Positions 23,235-37,294 of a DNA stretch of 64,000 nucleotides are shown here, in pieces. Where the stretch lies: the NCBI GenBank assembly GCA_964016885.1, contig OZ024744.1, positions 132,060,001-132,124,000 on the forward strand. Direction: 5' to 3'. The DNA comes from Eledone cirrhosa (taxonomy: Eukaryota). Both the position numbers and the translations under genes were made by a program. The stretch's first letter is position 1. Each line of letters starts with the position of its first letter. The notes below the pieces were generated by a model. It made no database searches, was not told the origin of the DNA, and saw only the letters and a list, made by a program, of their open reading frames with translations.

Positions 23235-24852
23235 AGGTTTGTCGAAAACCTTATATAATCATTTTTATTTAGGTTCTTCGAAACACCTTATATAATCAAT
23301 TTTTTTAGGTTTTTCGAAAAACCTTATATAATCAATTTTTTAATACTTTTAGAAATATTTATATCTGATTTCAAATATTGATTTTATTAGGTTTTTGGAA
23401 TAATCAATTTTTTTTACGTTTTTCGAAAAATGTTATATAATCAATTTTTTTTAGGTTTTTCGAATCAATTCAATTTTTATAATCAAATATTTTTAGGTTT
23501 TTAGAAAAACCTTATATAATCAAATTTTTTTAGGTTTTTCGAAAAACCTTATATAATTAATTTTTTTATACTTTTAGAAATATTTATATCTGATTTCAAA
23601 TATTGGATTTTTTAGGTTTTTCGATAATCAATTTTTTTTAGATTTTTCGAAAAATCTTATATAATCAATTTTTTTACGTTTTTAGAAAGACCTTATATAA
23701 TCAATTTTTTTATACTTTTAGAAATATTTATATCTGATTTCAAATATTGATTTTTTTTTTAGGTTTTTCGAAATACCTTATATAATCAATTTTTTTTAGG
23801 TTTTTCAAATTACTTTATATAATCAATTTTTTTTATCTGATTTCAAATATTGATTTTTTTAGCTTTTTCGACAAAATCTTATATAATCAATTTTTTTTAG
23901 GTTTTTCGAAAAAGAATGAATTTGAGTTCATAGTCGAAATATATACTTCTGCATTAATCTTTTTACGTTTTTTTGATTTTTTTTAAAAAAACGTAAAAAA
24001 TTAATGCTTTTACAAATCTTTTGAAATATTTACTTTCTAGTTTCAAATTTTGCAGATTAAATTTTTCTCGAAAAACCTAAAAAATCAGTTGTCGAAATCA
24101 GAAGTTAATATTTCGAAAAACGCAATTTGAAAAACTCATATTAATTTTTTTTCGAAAACATTATATAATCAATTTTTTAGAAATATTTATATCTGATTTC
24201 AAATATTGATTTTTTTAGGTTTTTCGAAAACCCTATATAATCAATTTTTTTGTTATTTTAGAAATATCTATATCTGATTTCATGTATTGATATTTTTATA
24301 TTTTTCGAAAAAGCTTAGATAATCAATTTTTTTAGGTCTTTCGAAAACATTATATAATCAATTTTTTTTTAGGTTTTTCGAAAAAACCTTATATAATCAA
24401 TTTTTTTTAGGTTTTTCAAATATTGATTTTTTTAGCTTTTTCGACAAAATCTTATATAATCAATTTTTTTTAGGTTTTTCGAAAAAGAATGAATTTGAGT
24501 TCATAGTCGAAATATATACTTCTGCATTAATCTTTTTACGTGTTTTGATTTTTTTTAAAAAAACGTAAAAAATTAATGCTTTTACAAATCTTTTGAAATA
24601 TTTACTTTCTAGTTTCAAATTTTGGAGATTAAATTTTTCTCGAAAAACCTAAAAAATCAGTTGTCGAAATCAGAAGTTAATATTTCGTAAAACGCAATTT
24701 GAAAAAACTCATATTAATTTTTTTTCGAAAACTTATTATATAATCAATTTTTTTATACTTTTAGAAATTTTTATATCTGATTTCAAATATTGATTTTTTT
24801 AGGTTTTTCGAAAACCCTATATGATCAATTTTTTTTAGGTTTTTCAAAAAAG
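23235..24852. repeat. AT-rich island 2
   Basis: Near-identical to island 1, same junctions; cores at 23914 and 24487. Confidence 0.95.
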
Positions 24853-25562
24853 TTACGTTGGGGTTAAGTTAAGTTGGGGTTAAGTTGAGGTTAAGTTAAG
24901 TTGTGGTTAAGTTAAGTTGGGGCTAAGTTAAGTTGGGGCTAAGTTAAGTTGGGGTTAAGTTAAGTTGGGGTTAATTTAAGTTGGGGTTAGGTTAAGTTGG
25001 GGATAAGTTAAGTTGGGGATAAGTTAAGTTGGGGTTAAGTTAAGTTGGGTTTAAGTTAAGCTGGGGTTAAGTTAAGTTGGGGTTAAATTAAGTTGGGGTT
25101 AAGTTAAGTTTGGGTTAGGTTAAGTTGGGGATAAGTTAAGTTGGGGATAAGTTAAGTTGGGGTTAAGTTAAGTTGGGTTTAAGTTAAGTTGGGGTTAAGT
25201 TAAGTTGGGGTTAAGTTAAGTTGGGGTTAAGTTAAGTTGCGGTTAGTTAAGTTGAGTTTAAGTTAAGTTGGGGTTAATTTAAGTTGGGGTTAAGTTAAGT
25301 TGGGGTTCAGTTAAGTTGGGGTTAAGTCAAGTTGGGGTTAAGTTAAGTTGGGGTTAAGTTAAGTTGGGGTTAGGTTAAGTTGGGGATAATTTAAGTTGGG
25401 GATAAGCTAAGTTGGGGTTAAGTTAAGTTGGGTTTAAGTTAAGTTGGGGTTAAGTTAAGTTGGGGTTAAATTAAGTTGGGGTTAAGTTAAGCTGGGGTTA
25501 AATTAAGTTGGGGTTATGTTAAGTTGGGGTTAAGTTAAGTTGGGGTTAGTTTAAGTGGGGTT

Positions 25563-25907
25563 AACCCCAACTTAACTTAACCCCAACTTAACTTAACCCC
25601 AACTTCACTCAACCCCAACTTAAATTAACCCCAACTTCACTCAACCCCAACTTAACTCAACCCCAACTTAAATTAACCCCAACTTAACTTAACCCTGACT
25701 TAACTTAACCCCGACTTAACTTAACCCCGACTTAACTTAACCCCAACTTAACTTAAACCCCAACTTAACTTAACCCCAACTTAACTTAACCCCAACTTGA
25801 CTTAACCCCAACTTAACTCACACCCAACTTAACTTACCCCCAACTTAACTTAACCACAACTTGACGTAAACCCAACTTAACTTAACCCCAACTTAACTTA
25901 ACCCCAA
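25563..25907 (-). repeat. Inverted 16-mer block, class A
   Basis: As 13186. Confidence 0.95.
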
Positions 25908-26566
25908 AGTCGGAGTTCAGTTAAGTTGGGGTTCAGTTAAGTTAGGCTTAACTTAAGTTGGGGTTAAGTTAAGTTGGGGGTAAGTTAAGTTGGGGGTAAG
26001 TTAAGTTGGGGTTAAGTTAAGTTGGGGTTAAGTTGGGGTTAAGTTAAGTTAGGGTTAAGTTAAGTTGGGGTTGAGTTAAGTTGGGGTTAAGTTAAGTGGT
26101 GGTTATGTTAAGTTGGGGTTAAGTTAAGTTGGGGTTAAATTAAGTGGGGTTAACTTAAGTTGGGTGTAAGTTAAGTTGGGGTTGAGTGAAGTTGGGGTTA
26201 AGTTCAGTTGGGGTTAAGTTAAGTTAGGGTTAATTTAAGTTGGGGTTATGTTAAGTTGGTGTTAAGTTAAGTTGGGGTTAAGTCGAGTTGGGGTTAAGTT
26301 AAGTTGGGGTTAAGTTAAATTGGTGTTAAGTTAAGTTGGGGTTAAGTTAAGTTGGGGTTAGTTAAGTTGAGTTTAAGTTAAGTTGGGGTTAATTTAAGTT
26401 GGGGTTAAGTTAAGTTGGGGTTCAGTTAAGTTGGGGTTAAGTTAAGTTGGGGTTGAGTTAAGTTGTGGTTAAGTTAAGTTGGGGTTAGGTTAAGTTGGGG
26501 TTAAGTTAAGCTGGGGTTAAATTAAGTTGGGGTTAAGTTAAGTTGGGGTTAGGTTAAGTTGGGGTT

Positions 26567-26895
26567 AACCCCAACTTAACTTAACCCCAACTTAACTTAA
26601 CCCCAACTTCACTCAACCCCAACTTAACTTAACCCCAACTTCACTCAACCCCAACTTAACTTAACCCCAACTTCACTCAACCCCAACTTAACTCAACCCC
26701 AACTTAACTTAACCCCAACTTAACTTAACCCTAACTTAACTTAACCCCGACTTAAACTTAACCCCGACTTAACTTAACCCCAACTTAACTTAACCCCAAC
26801 TTAACTTAACCCCAACTTAACTTAATCCCAACTTGACTTAACCCCAACTTAACTCACACCCAACTTAACTTACCCCCAACTTAACTTAACCCCAA
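26567..26895 (-). repeat. Inverted 16-mer block, class B
   Basis: As 14190. Confidence 0.95.
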
Positions 26896-29800
26896 AGTCG
26901 GAGTTAAGTTAAGTTGGGGTTAAGTTAAGTTAGGCTTAACTTAAGTTGGGGTTAAGTTAAGTTGGGGGTAAGTTAAGTTGGGGGTAAGTTAAGTTGGGGT
27001 TAAGTTAAGTTGGGGTTAAGATAAGTGGTGGTTATGTTAAGTTGAGGTTAAGTTAAGTTAGGGTGAAATTAAGTTGGGGTTAAGTTAAGTTGGGTGTAAG
27101 TTAAGTTGGGGTTGAGTGAAGTTGGGGTTAAGTTAAGTTGGGGTTAAGTAGAGTTGGGGTTAAGTTAAGTTGGGGTTAAGTTAAGTTGGTGTTAAGTTGG
27201 GGTTAAGTTAAGTTGGGGTTAAGTTGGGGTTAAGTAAAGTGGTGGTTATGTTAAGTTGGGGTTAACTTAAGTTGGGGTTAATTTAAATTGGGGTTAAGTT
27301 AACTTTGTGGTTAAGTTAAGTTGGGGTTAAGTTAAGTTGGGGTTAAATTAAGTTGGGGTTGAGTGAAGTTGGGGTTAAGTTAAGTTGGGGTTAAGTTAAG
27401 TTGGGGTTGAGTGAAGTTGGGGTTAAGTTAAGTTGGGGTTAAGTTAAGTTGGGGTTAACTTAAGTTGGGTTTAAGTTAAGTTGCGGTTAAGTTAAGTTCG
27501 GGTTAAGTTAAGTTGGGGTTAAGTTAAGTCGGGGTTAATTTAAGTTGGGGTTGAGTTAAGTTGGGGTTAATTTAAGTTGAGGTTATGTTAAGTTGGGGTT
27601 AATTTAAGTTGGGGTTAAGTTAAGTTGGGGTTAAGTTAAGTTGGGTTTAATTTAAGTTGGGATTAAGTTCAGTTGGGGTTAAATTAAGTTGGGGTTAAGT
27701 TAAGCTGGGGTTAAATTAAGTTGGGGTTAAGTTAAGTTGGGGTTAAGTTAAGTTGGGGTTAAGTTAAGTTAGGGTTAATTTAAGTTGGGGTTATGTTAAG
27801 TTGGGGTTAAGTTAAGTTGGGGTTAAGTCGAGTTGGGGTTAAGTTAAGTTGGGGTTAGTTAAGTTGAGTTTAAGTTAAGTTGGGGTTAATTTAAGTTGGG
27901 GTTAAGTTAAGTTGGGGTTCAGTTAAGTTGGGGTTAAGTTAAGTTGGGGTTAAGTTAAGTTGGTTTAAGTTAAGTTGGGGTTAGGTTAAGTTGGGGATAA
28001 GTTAAGTTGGGGATAAGCTAAGTTGGGGTTAAGTTAAGTTGGGTTTAAGTTAAGTTGGGGTTAAGTTAAGTTAGGCTTAACTTAAGTTGGGGTTAAGTTA
28101 AGTTGGGGGTAAATTAAGTTGTGGGTAAGTTAAGTTGGGGTTAAGTTAAGTTGGGGTTAAGTTAAGTGGTGGTTATGTTAAGTTGGGGTTAAGTTAAGTT
28201 GGGGTTAAATTAAGTTGGGGTTAAGTTAAGTTGGGTGTAAGTTAAGTTGGGGTTGAGTGAAGTTGGGGTTAAGTTAAGTTGGGGTTAAGTTAAGTTAGGG
28301 TTAATTTAAGTTGGGGTTATGTTAAGTTGGGGTTAAGTTAAGTTGGGGTTAAGTAGAGTTGGGGTTAAGTTAAGTTGGGGTTAAGTTAAGTTGGTGTTAA
28401 GTTGGGGTTAAGTTAAGTTGGGGTTAAATTAAGTTGGGGTTGAGTGAAGTTGGGGTTAAGTTAAGTTGGGGTTAAGTTAAGTTGGGGTTAACTTAAGTTG
28501 GGTTTAAGTTAAGTTGCGGTTAAGTTAAGTTCGGGTTAAGTTAAGTTGGGGTTGAGTTAAGTTGGGGTTAATTTAAGTTGAGGTTATGTTAAGTTGGGGT
28601 TAATTTAAGTTGGGGTTAATTTAAGTTGGGGTTAAGTTAAGTTTGGGTTAGGTTAAGTTGGGGATTAGTTAAGTTGGGGATAAGTTAAGTTGGGGTTAAG
28701 TTAAGTTGGGTTTAAGTTAAGTTGTGGTTAAGTTAAGTTGGGTTTAATTTGAGTTGGGGTCAACTTAAGTTGGGGTTAAGTTGAGTTGGGGTTAAATTAA
28801 GTTGGGGTTAATTTAAGTTGGGGCTAAGTTAAGTTGGGGCTGAGTTAAGTTGGGGTTAAGTTAAGTTGGGGTTAAGTTAAGTTGGGTTTAATTTGAGTTG
28901 GGGTCAACTTAAGTTGGGGTTAAGTTGAGGTTAAGTTAAGTTGTGGTTAAGTTAAGTTGGGGCTAAGTTAAGTTGGGGCTAAGTTAAGTTGGGGCTAAGT
29001 TAAGTTGGGGTTAAGTTAAGTTGGGGTTAAGTTAAGTTGGGTTTAATTTGAGTTGGGGTCAACTTAAGTTGGGGTTAAGTTGAGTTGGGGTTAAATTAAG
29101 TTGGGGTTAATTTAAGTTGGGGCTAAGTTAAGTTGGGGCTGAGTTAAGTTGGGGTTAAGTTAAGTTGGGGTTAAGTTAAGTTGGGGTTAAGTTAAGTCGG
29201 GGTTAAGTTAAGTTGGGGTTGAGTTAAGTTGGGGTTAATTTAAGTTGAGGTTATGTTAAGTTGGGGTTAATTTAAGTTGGGGTTAATTTAAGTTGGGGTT
29301 AAGTTAAGTTGGGGTTAAGTTGAGGTTAAGTTAAGTTGTGGTTAAGTTAAGTTGGGGCTAAGTTAAGTTGGGGCTAAGTTAAGTTGGGGCTAAGTTAAGT
29401 TGGGGTTAAGTTAAGTTGGGGTTAAGTTAAGTTGGGTTTAATTTAAGTTGGGGTCAACTTAAGTTGGGGTTAATTTGAGTTGGGGTTAAATTAAGTTGGG
29501 GTTAATTTAAGTTAGGGCTAAGTTAAGTTGGGGCTGAGTTAAGTTGGGGTTAAGTTAAGTTGGGGTTAAGTTAAGTTGGGGTTAAGTTAATTTTGGGTTA
29601 AGTTAAGTTGTGGTTCAGTTAAGTTGGGGTTAAGTTAAGTTTGGGTTAATTTGGGGTTAAATTAAGTTGGGGTTAAGTTAAGTTGGGGTTAAGTTAAGTT
29701 GGGGTTAAGTTAAGTTGGGGTTAATTTAAGTTGGGGTTAAGTTAAGTCGGGGTTAAGTTAAGTCGGTGTTAATTTAAGTTAGGGTTAAGTTAAGTTGGGG

Positions 29801-30538
29801 TTAAGTTAAGTTGGCTTTAAGTTAAGCTGGGGTTAAGTTAAGTTGGGGTTAAATTAAGTTTTGGTTAAGTTAAGTTGGGGTTAGGTTAAGTTTGGGTTAG
29901 GTTAAGTTGGGGTTAAATTAAGTTGGGGTTAAGTTAAGTTGGGGTTAAGTTAAGTTGGGGTTAGGTTAAGTTGGGGATAAGTTAAGTTGGGGATAATTTA
30001 AGTTGGGGTTAAGTTAAGTTGGGTTTAAGTTAAGCTGGGGTTAAGTTAAGTTGGGGTTAAATTAAGTTGGGGTTAAGTTAAGTTGGGGTTAAGTTAAGTT
30101 TGGGTTAGGTTAAGTTGGGGATTAGTTAAGTTGGGGATAAGTTAAGTTGGGGTTAAGTTAAGTTGGGTTTAAGTTAAGTTGTGGTTAAGTTAAGTTGGGG
30201 TTAAGTTAAGTTGGGGGTTAAGTTAAGTTGGGGTTAGTTAAGTTTAGTTTAAGTTAAGTTGGGGTTAATTTAAGTTGGGGTTAAGTTAAGTTGGGGTTCA
30301 GTTAAGTTGGGGATAAGTCAAGTTGGGGTTAAGTTAAGTTGGGGTTAAGTTAAGTTGGGGTTAGGTTAAGTTGGGGATAAGTTAAGTTGGGGATAAGCTA
30401 AGTTGGGGTTAAGTTAAGTTGGGTTTAAGTTAAGTTGGGGTTAAGTTAAGTTGGGGTTAAATTAAGTTGGAGATAAGTTAAGCTGGGGTTAAATTAAGTT
30501 GGGGTTAAGTTAAGTTGGGGTTAGGTTAAGTTGGGGTT

Positions 30539-30802
30539 AACCCCAACTTAACTTAACCCCAACTTAACTTAGCCCCAACTTCACTCAACCCCAACTTAAC
30601 TTAACCCCAACTTAAGTTAACCCCAACTTAACTTAACCCTAACTTAACTTAACCCCGACTTAACTTAACCCCGACTTAACTTAACCCCAACTTGACTTAA
30701 CCCCAACTTAACTTAACCCCAACTTAACTTAATCCCAACTTGACTTAACCCCAACTTAACTCACACCCAACTTAACTTACTCCCAACTTAACTTAACCCC
30801 AA
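30539..30802 (-). repeat. Inverted 16-mer block, class C
   Basis: As 18098. Confidence 0.95.
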
Positions 30803-33800
30803 AATCGGAGTTACGTTAAGTTGGGGTTAAGTTAAGTTAGGCTTAACTTAAGTTGGGCTTAAGTTAAGTTGGGGGTAAGTTAAGTTGGGGGTAAGTTAAG
30901 TTGGGGTTAATTTAAGTTGGGGTTAAGTTAAGTGGTGGTTATGTTAAGTTGGGGTTAAGTTAAGTTGGGGTTAAATTAAGTTGGGGTTAAGTTAAGTTGG
31001 GTGTAAGTTAAGTTGGGGTTGAGTGAAGTTGGGGTTAAGTTAAGTTGGGGTTAAGTAGAGTTGGGGTTAAGTTAATTGGGGTTAAGTTAAGTTGGTGTTA
31101 AGTTGGGGTTAAGTTAAGTTGGGGTTAAGTTGGGGTTAAGTTAAGTGGTGGTTATGTTAAGTTGGGGTTAACTTAAGTTGGGGTTAATTTAAATTGGGGT
31201 TAAGTTAACTTTGTGGTTAAGTTAAGTTGGGGTTAAGTTAAGTTGGGGTTAAGTTAAGTTGGGGTTGAGGGAAGTTGGGGTTAAGTTAAGTTGGGGTTAA
31301 CTTAAGTTGGGTTTAAGTTAAGTTGCGGTTAAGTTAAGTTGGGGTTAAGTTAAGTTGGGGTTAAGTTAAGTCGGGGTTAAGTTAAGTTGGGGTTGAGTTA
31401 AGTTGGGGTTAATTTAAGTTGAGGTTATGTTAAGTTGGGGTTAATTTAAGTTGGGGTTAAGTTAAGTTGGGGTTAAGTTAAGTTGGGGTTAATTTAAGTT
31501 GGGGTTAAGTTCAGTTGGGGTTAATTTAAGTTGGGGTTAAGTTAAGTTGGGTTTAAGTTAAGTTGGGGTTAAATTAAGTTGGGGTTAAATTAAGTTGGGG
31601 TTAAGTTAAGTTGGGGTTAGGTTAAGTTGGGGATAAGTTAAGTTGGGGATAAGCTAAGTTGGGGTTAAGTTAAGTTGGGTTTAAGTTAAGTTGGGGTTAA
31701 GTTAAGTCGGGGTTATGTTAAGTCGGTGTTAAGTTAAGTTAGGGTTAAGTTAAGTTGGGGTTAAGTTAAGTTGGGGTTGAGTTAAGTTGGGGTTGAGTTA
31801 AATTGGGGTTGAGTTAATTTGGGGTTAAGTTAAGTTGGGGTTAAGTTAAGTTGGGGTTGAGTTAAGTTGGGGTTACCTCAAGTTGGGGCTAAGTTAAGTT
31901 GGGGCTGAGTTAAGTTGGGTGTACGTTAAGTTGGGGTTGACTGAAGTTGGGGTTAAGTTAAGTTGGGGTTAAGTTAAGTTAGGGTTAATTTAAGTTGGGG
32001 TTATGTTAAGTTGGGGTTAAGTTAAGTTGGGGTTAAGTAGAGTTGGGGTTAATTTAAGTTGGGGTTAAGTTAAGTTGGTGTTAAGTTGGGGTTAATTTAA
32101 GTGGTGGTTATGTTAAGTTGGGGTTAAGTTAAGTTGGGGTTAATTTAAATTGGGGTTAAGTTAACTTTGTGGTTAAGTTAAGTTGGAGTTAAGTTAAGTT
32201 GGAGTTAAGTTAAGTTGGGGTTGAGTGAAGTTGGGGTTAAGTTAAGTTGGGGTTAACTTAAGTTGGGTTTGAGTTAAGTTGGGGTTAAGTTAAGTTGGGG
32301 TTTAATTAAGTTGGGGTTGAGTTAAGTTGGGGTTGACTTAAGTTGGGCTTAAGTTAAGTTGGGGTTAAGTTAAGATGTGGTTAAGTTAAGTTGGGGTTAA
32401 GTTAAATTGGGGTTAAATTAAGTTGGGGTTAAGTTAAGTTGGGGGTAAGGTAAGTTGGTGGTAAGTTAAGTTGGGGGTAAGTTAAGATGGGGCTAAGTTA
32501 AGTTGGGGTTAAGTTAATTTGGGGTTAAGTTAAGTTTGGGTTAAGTTAAGTTGGGGTTGACTTAAGTTGGGGTTAAGTTAAGTTGGGGTTATGTTAAGTT
32601 GGGTTTAAGTTAAGTTGGGGTTAAGTTAAGTTGGGGTTAAGTTAAGTTGCGGTTAAGTTAAGTTGGGGTTAAGTTAAGTTGGGGTTAAGTTAAGTTGGGG
32701 TTAAGTTAAGTTGGGGTTAAGTTAAGTTGGGGTTAATTTAAGTTGGGGTTAAATTAAGTTGGGGTTAATTTAAGTTGGGGGTTAAGATAAGTTGGGGTTA
32801 AGTTAAGTTGGGGTTAAATTAAGTTGGGGTTAAGTTAAGTTGGGGTTAATTTAAGTTGGGGTTAAGTTAAGTTGGGGTTGAGTTAAGTTGGGGGTAAGTT
32901 AAGTTAGGGGTAAGTTAAGTTGGGTGTAAGTTAAGATGGGGTTAAGTTAAGTTGGGGTTAAGTTATTTTGGGGTTAAGTTAAGTTGGGGGTAAGTTAAGT
33001 TGGTGATAAGTTAAGTTGGGGGTAAGTTAAGTTGGGGTTAAGTTAAGTTGGGTTAAGTTGGGGTTAAGTTAAGTTAGGGTTAAGTTAAGTTGGGGTTGAG
33101 TTAAGTTGGGGTTAAGTTAAGAGGTGGTTATGTTCAGTTGGGGTTAAGTTAAGTTGGGGTTAAGTTAAGTTGGGGTTAAGTTAAGTTGGGGTTAAGATAA
33201 GTTGGGGTTAAGTTAAGTTGGGGTTGAGTTAAGTTGGGGTTGAGTTAATTTGGGGTTAAGTTAAGTTGGGGTTAACTTAATTTGGGTTTAATTTAAGTTG
33301 GGGTTAAGTTAAGTTGGGGTTAAATTAAGTTGGGATTAAGTTAAGTTGGGTGTACGTTAAGTTGGGGTTGACTGAAGTTGGGGTTAAGTTAAGTTGGGGT
33401 TAAGTAGAGTTGGGGTTAATTTAAGTTGGGGTTAAGTTAAGTTGGTGTTAAGTTGGGGTTAAGTTAAGTTGGGGTTAAGTTGGGGTTAAGTTAAGTGGTG
33501 GTTATGTTAAGTTGGGGTTAAGTTAAGTTGGGGTTAATTTAAATTGGGGTTAAGTTAACTTTGTGGTTAAGTTAAGTTGGAGTTAAGTTAAGTTGGGGTT
33601 AAGTTAAGTTGGGGTTGAGTGAAGTTGGGGTTAATTTAAGTTGGGGTTCAGTTAAGTTGGGGTTAAGTTAAGTTGGGGTTGAGTTAAGTTGGGGTTAATT
33701 TAAGTTGAGGTTATTTTAAGTTGGGGTTAAGTTAAGTTGGGGCTAAGTTAAGTTGGGGTTAAGTTAAGTTGGGGTTAAGTTAAGTTGGGGTTAAGTTAAG

Positions 33801-35675
33801 TTGGGTTTAAGTTAAGTTGGGGTTAAATTAAGTTGGGGTTAAATTAAAGTGGGGTTAAGTTAAATTGGGGGTAAGTTAAGTTGGGGGCAAGTTAAGTTGG
33901 TGTTAAGTTAAGTTGGGGTTAAGTTAAGTTGGGGTTAAGTTAAGTTGGGTTTAAGTTAAGTTGGGACTAAGTTAAGTTAGGGCTAAGTTCAGTTGGGGTA
34001 AAGTTAAGTTGGGGCTAAGTTAAGTTGGGTATAAGTTGAGTTGGGGTTAAGTTAAGTTGGGGTTAAGTTAAGTTGGGGTTAAATTAAGTTGGGGTTAATT
34101 AAGTTGGGGTTAAGTTAAGTTGGGGTTAAGTTAAGTTGGGGTTAATTTAAGTTGGGGTTGTGTTAATTTGGGGTTAAGTTAAGTTGGGGTTATATTAAGT
34201 TGGGGTTAAGTTAAGTTGGGTTTAAGTTAAGTTGGGGTTAAGTTAAGTTGGGGTTAAGTTGAGTTAGGGTTAATTTAAGTTGGGGTTATGTTAAGTTGGG
34301 GTTAAGTTAAGTTGGGGTTAAGTAGAGTTGGGGTTAATTTAAGTTGGGGTTAAGTTAAGTTGGTGTTAAGTTGGGGTTAAGTTAAGTTGGGGTTAAGTTG
34401 GGGTTAAGTTGAGTGGTGGTTATGTTAAGTTGGGGTTAAGTTAAGTTGGGGTTAATTTAAATTGGGGTTAAGTTAACTTTGTGGTTAAGTTAAGTTGGAG
34501 TTAAGTTAAGTTGGGGTTAAGTTAAGTTGGGGTTGAGTTAAGTTGGGGTTAAATTAAGTTGGGGTTAAATTAAGGTGGGGTTAAGTTAAGTTGGGGGTAA
34601 GTTAAGTTGGGGGCAAGTTAAGTTGGTGTTAAGTTAAGTTGGGGTTAAGTTAAGTTGGGGTTAAGTTAAGTTGGGTTTAAGTTAAGTTGGGACTAAGTTA
34701 AGTTAGGGTTAAGTTAAGTTGGGGTTAAGTTAAGTTGGGGCTAAGTTAAGTTGGGTCTAAGTTGAGTTGGGGTTAAGTTAAGTTGGGGTTAAGTTAAGTT
34801 GGGGTTAAATTAAGTTGGGGTTAATTAAGTTGGGGTTAAGTTAAGTTGGGGTTAAGTTAAGTTGGGGTTAATTTAAGTTGGGGGTAAGTTAAGTTGGTGG
34901 TAAGTTAAGTTGGGGTTAAGTTAAGTTGGGGTTAATTTAAATTGGGGTTAATTTAACTTTGTGGTTAAGTTAAGTTGGGGTTTATTTAAGTTGGGTTTAA
35001 GTTAAGTTGGGGTTGAGTTAAGTTGGGGTTGAGTGAAGTTGGGGTTAAGTTAAGTCGGGGTTAATTTAAGTTGGGGTTGAGTTAAGTCGGGGTTAATTCA
35101 AGTTGGGGCTAAGTTAATTTGTGGTTAAGTTAAGTTGGGGTTAAGTTAAGTTGGGGTTAAGTTAAGTTGGGGGTAAGTTAAGTTGGGGGCAAGTTAAGTT
35201 GGGGTTAAGTTAAGTTGCGGTTAATTTAAGTTGGGGTTAAGTTAAGTTGGGTTTAAGTTAAGTTGGGGTTCAGTTAAGTTGGGGTTTAGTTAAGTTGGGG
35301 TTAAGTTAAGTTGGGGTTGAGTTAAGTTGGGGTTTAATTAAGTTGGGGTTGAGTTAAGTTGGGGTTTAGTTAAGTGGGGGTTGAGTTAAGTTGGGGTTAA
35401 GCTAAGTTGGGGTTAAGTTAAATTGAGGTTAAGTTAACTTGGGTTTGAGTTAAGTTGGGGTTAAGTTAAGTTGGTGTTAAGTTCAGTTCAGGTTAAGTTA
35501 ACTTGGGGTTAAGTTAAGTTGGGGTTGAGTTAAGTTGGGGTTGAGTTAAGTTGGGGTTAAGTTAAGTTGGGGTTAACTTAAGTTGGGGTTAAGTTAAGTT
35601 GGGGTTAATTTAAGTTGGGGTTCAGTTAAATTGAGGTTAAGATAACTTGGGTTTGCGTTAAGATGGGGTTAAGTT

Positions 35676-37294
35676 AGGTTTGTCGAAAACCTTATATAAT
35701 CATTTTTATTTAGGTTCTTCGAAACACCTTATATAATCAATTTTTTTAGGTTTTTCGAAAAACCTTATATAATCAATTTTTTAATACTTTTAGAAATATT
35801 TATATCTGATTTCAAATATTGATTTTATTAGGTTTTTGGAATAATCAATTTTTTTTACGTTTTTCGAAAAATGTTATATAATCAATTTTTTTTAGGTTTT
35901 TCGAATCAATTCAATTTTTATAATCAAATATTTTTAGGTTTTTAGAAAAACCTTATATAATCAAATTTTTTTAGGTTTTTCGAAAAACCTTATATAATTA
36001 ATTTTTTTATACTTTTAGAAATATTTATATCTGATTTCAAATATTGGATTTTTTAGGTTTTTCGATAATCAATTTTTTTTAGATTTTTCGAAAAATCTTA
36101 TATAATCAATTTTTTTACGTTTTTAGAAAGACCTTATATAATCAATTTTTTTATACTTTTAGAAATATTTATATCTGATTTCAAATATTGATTTTTTTTT
36201 TAGGTTTTTCGAAATACCTTATATAATCAATTTTTTTTAGGTTTTTCAAATTACTTTATATAATCAATTTTTTTTATCTGATTTCAAATATTGATTTTTT
36301 TAGCTTTTTCGACAAAATCTTATATAATCAATTTTTTTTAGGTTTTTCGAAAAAGAATGAATTTGAGTTCATAGTCGAAATATATACTTCTGCATTAATC
36401 TTTTTACGTTTTTTTGATTTTTTTTAAAAAAACGTAAAAAATTAATGCTTTTACAAATCTTTTGAAATATTTACTTTCTAGTTTCAAATTTTGCAGATTA
36501 AATTTTTCTCGAAAAACCTAAAAAATCAGTTGTCGAAATCAGAAGTTAATATTTCGAAAAACGCAATTTGAAAAACTCATATTAATTTTTTTTCGAAAAC
36601 ATTATATAATCAATTTTTTAGAAATATTTATATCTGATTTCAAATATTGATTTTTTTAGGTTTTTCGAAAACCCTATATAATCAATTTTTTTGTACTTTT
36701 AGAAATATCTATATCTGATTTCATGTATTGATATTTTTATATTTTTCGAAAAAGCTTAGATAATCAATTTTTTTAGGTCTTTCGAAAACATTATATAATC
36801 AATTTTTTTTTAGGTTTTTCGAAAAAACCTTATATAATCAATTTTTTTTAGGTTTTTCAAATATTGATTTTTTTAGCTTTTTCGACAAAATCTTATATAA
36901 TCAATTTTTTTTAGGTTTTTCGAAAAAGAATGAATTTGAGTTCATAGTCGAAATATATACTTCTGCATTAATCTTTTTACGTTTTTTTGATTTTTTTTAA
37001 AAAAACGTAAAAAATTAATGCTTTTACAAATCTTTTGAAATATTTACTTTCTAGTTTCAAATTTTGGAGATTAAATTTTTCTCGAAAAACCTAAAAAATC
37101 AGTTGTCGAAATCAGAAGTTAATATTTCGTAAAACGCAATTTGAAAAAACTCATATTAATTTTTTTTCGAAAACTTATTATATAATCAATTTTTTTATAC
37201 TTTTAGAAATTTTTATATCTGATTTCAAATATTGATTTTTTTAGGTTTTTCGAAAACCCTATATGATCAATTTTTTTTAGGTTTTTCAAAAAAG
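35676..37294. repeat. AT-rich island 3
   Basis: Near-identical to islands 1 and 2; cores at 36355 and 36928. Confidence 0.95.

Larger units (their letters stand above)
23235..35675 (+). repeat. Higher-order repeat unit (12,441 bp)
   Basis: Collinear with the previous unit, sharing rare variants. Confidence 0.9.
24853..35675 (+). repeat. 16-bp G-rich tandem satellite, block 3 (near-identical to block 2)
   Basis: Same order of rare variants as block 2 (e.g. TTACCTCAAG, CTTACTCCCAAC, AAATTAAGTTTTGG) at ~12.4 kb offset. Confidence 0.98.
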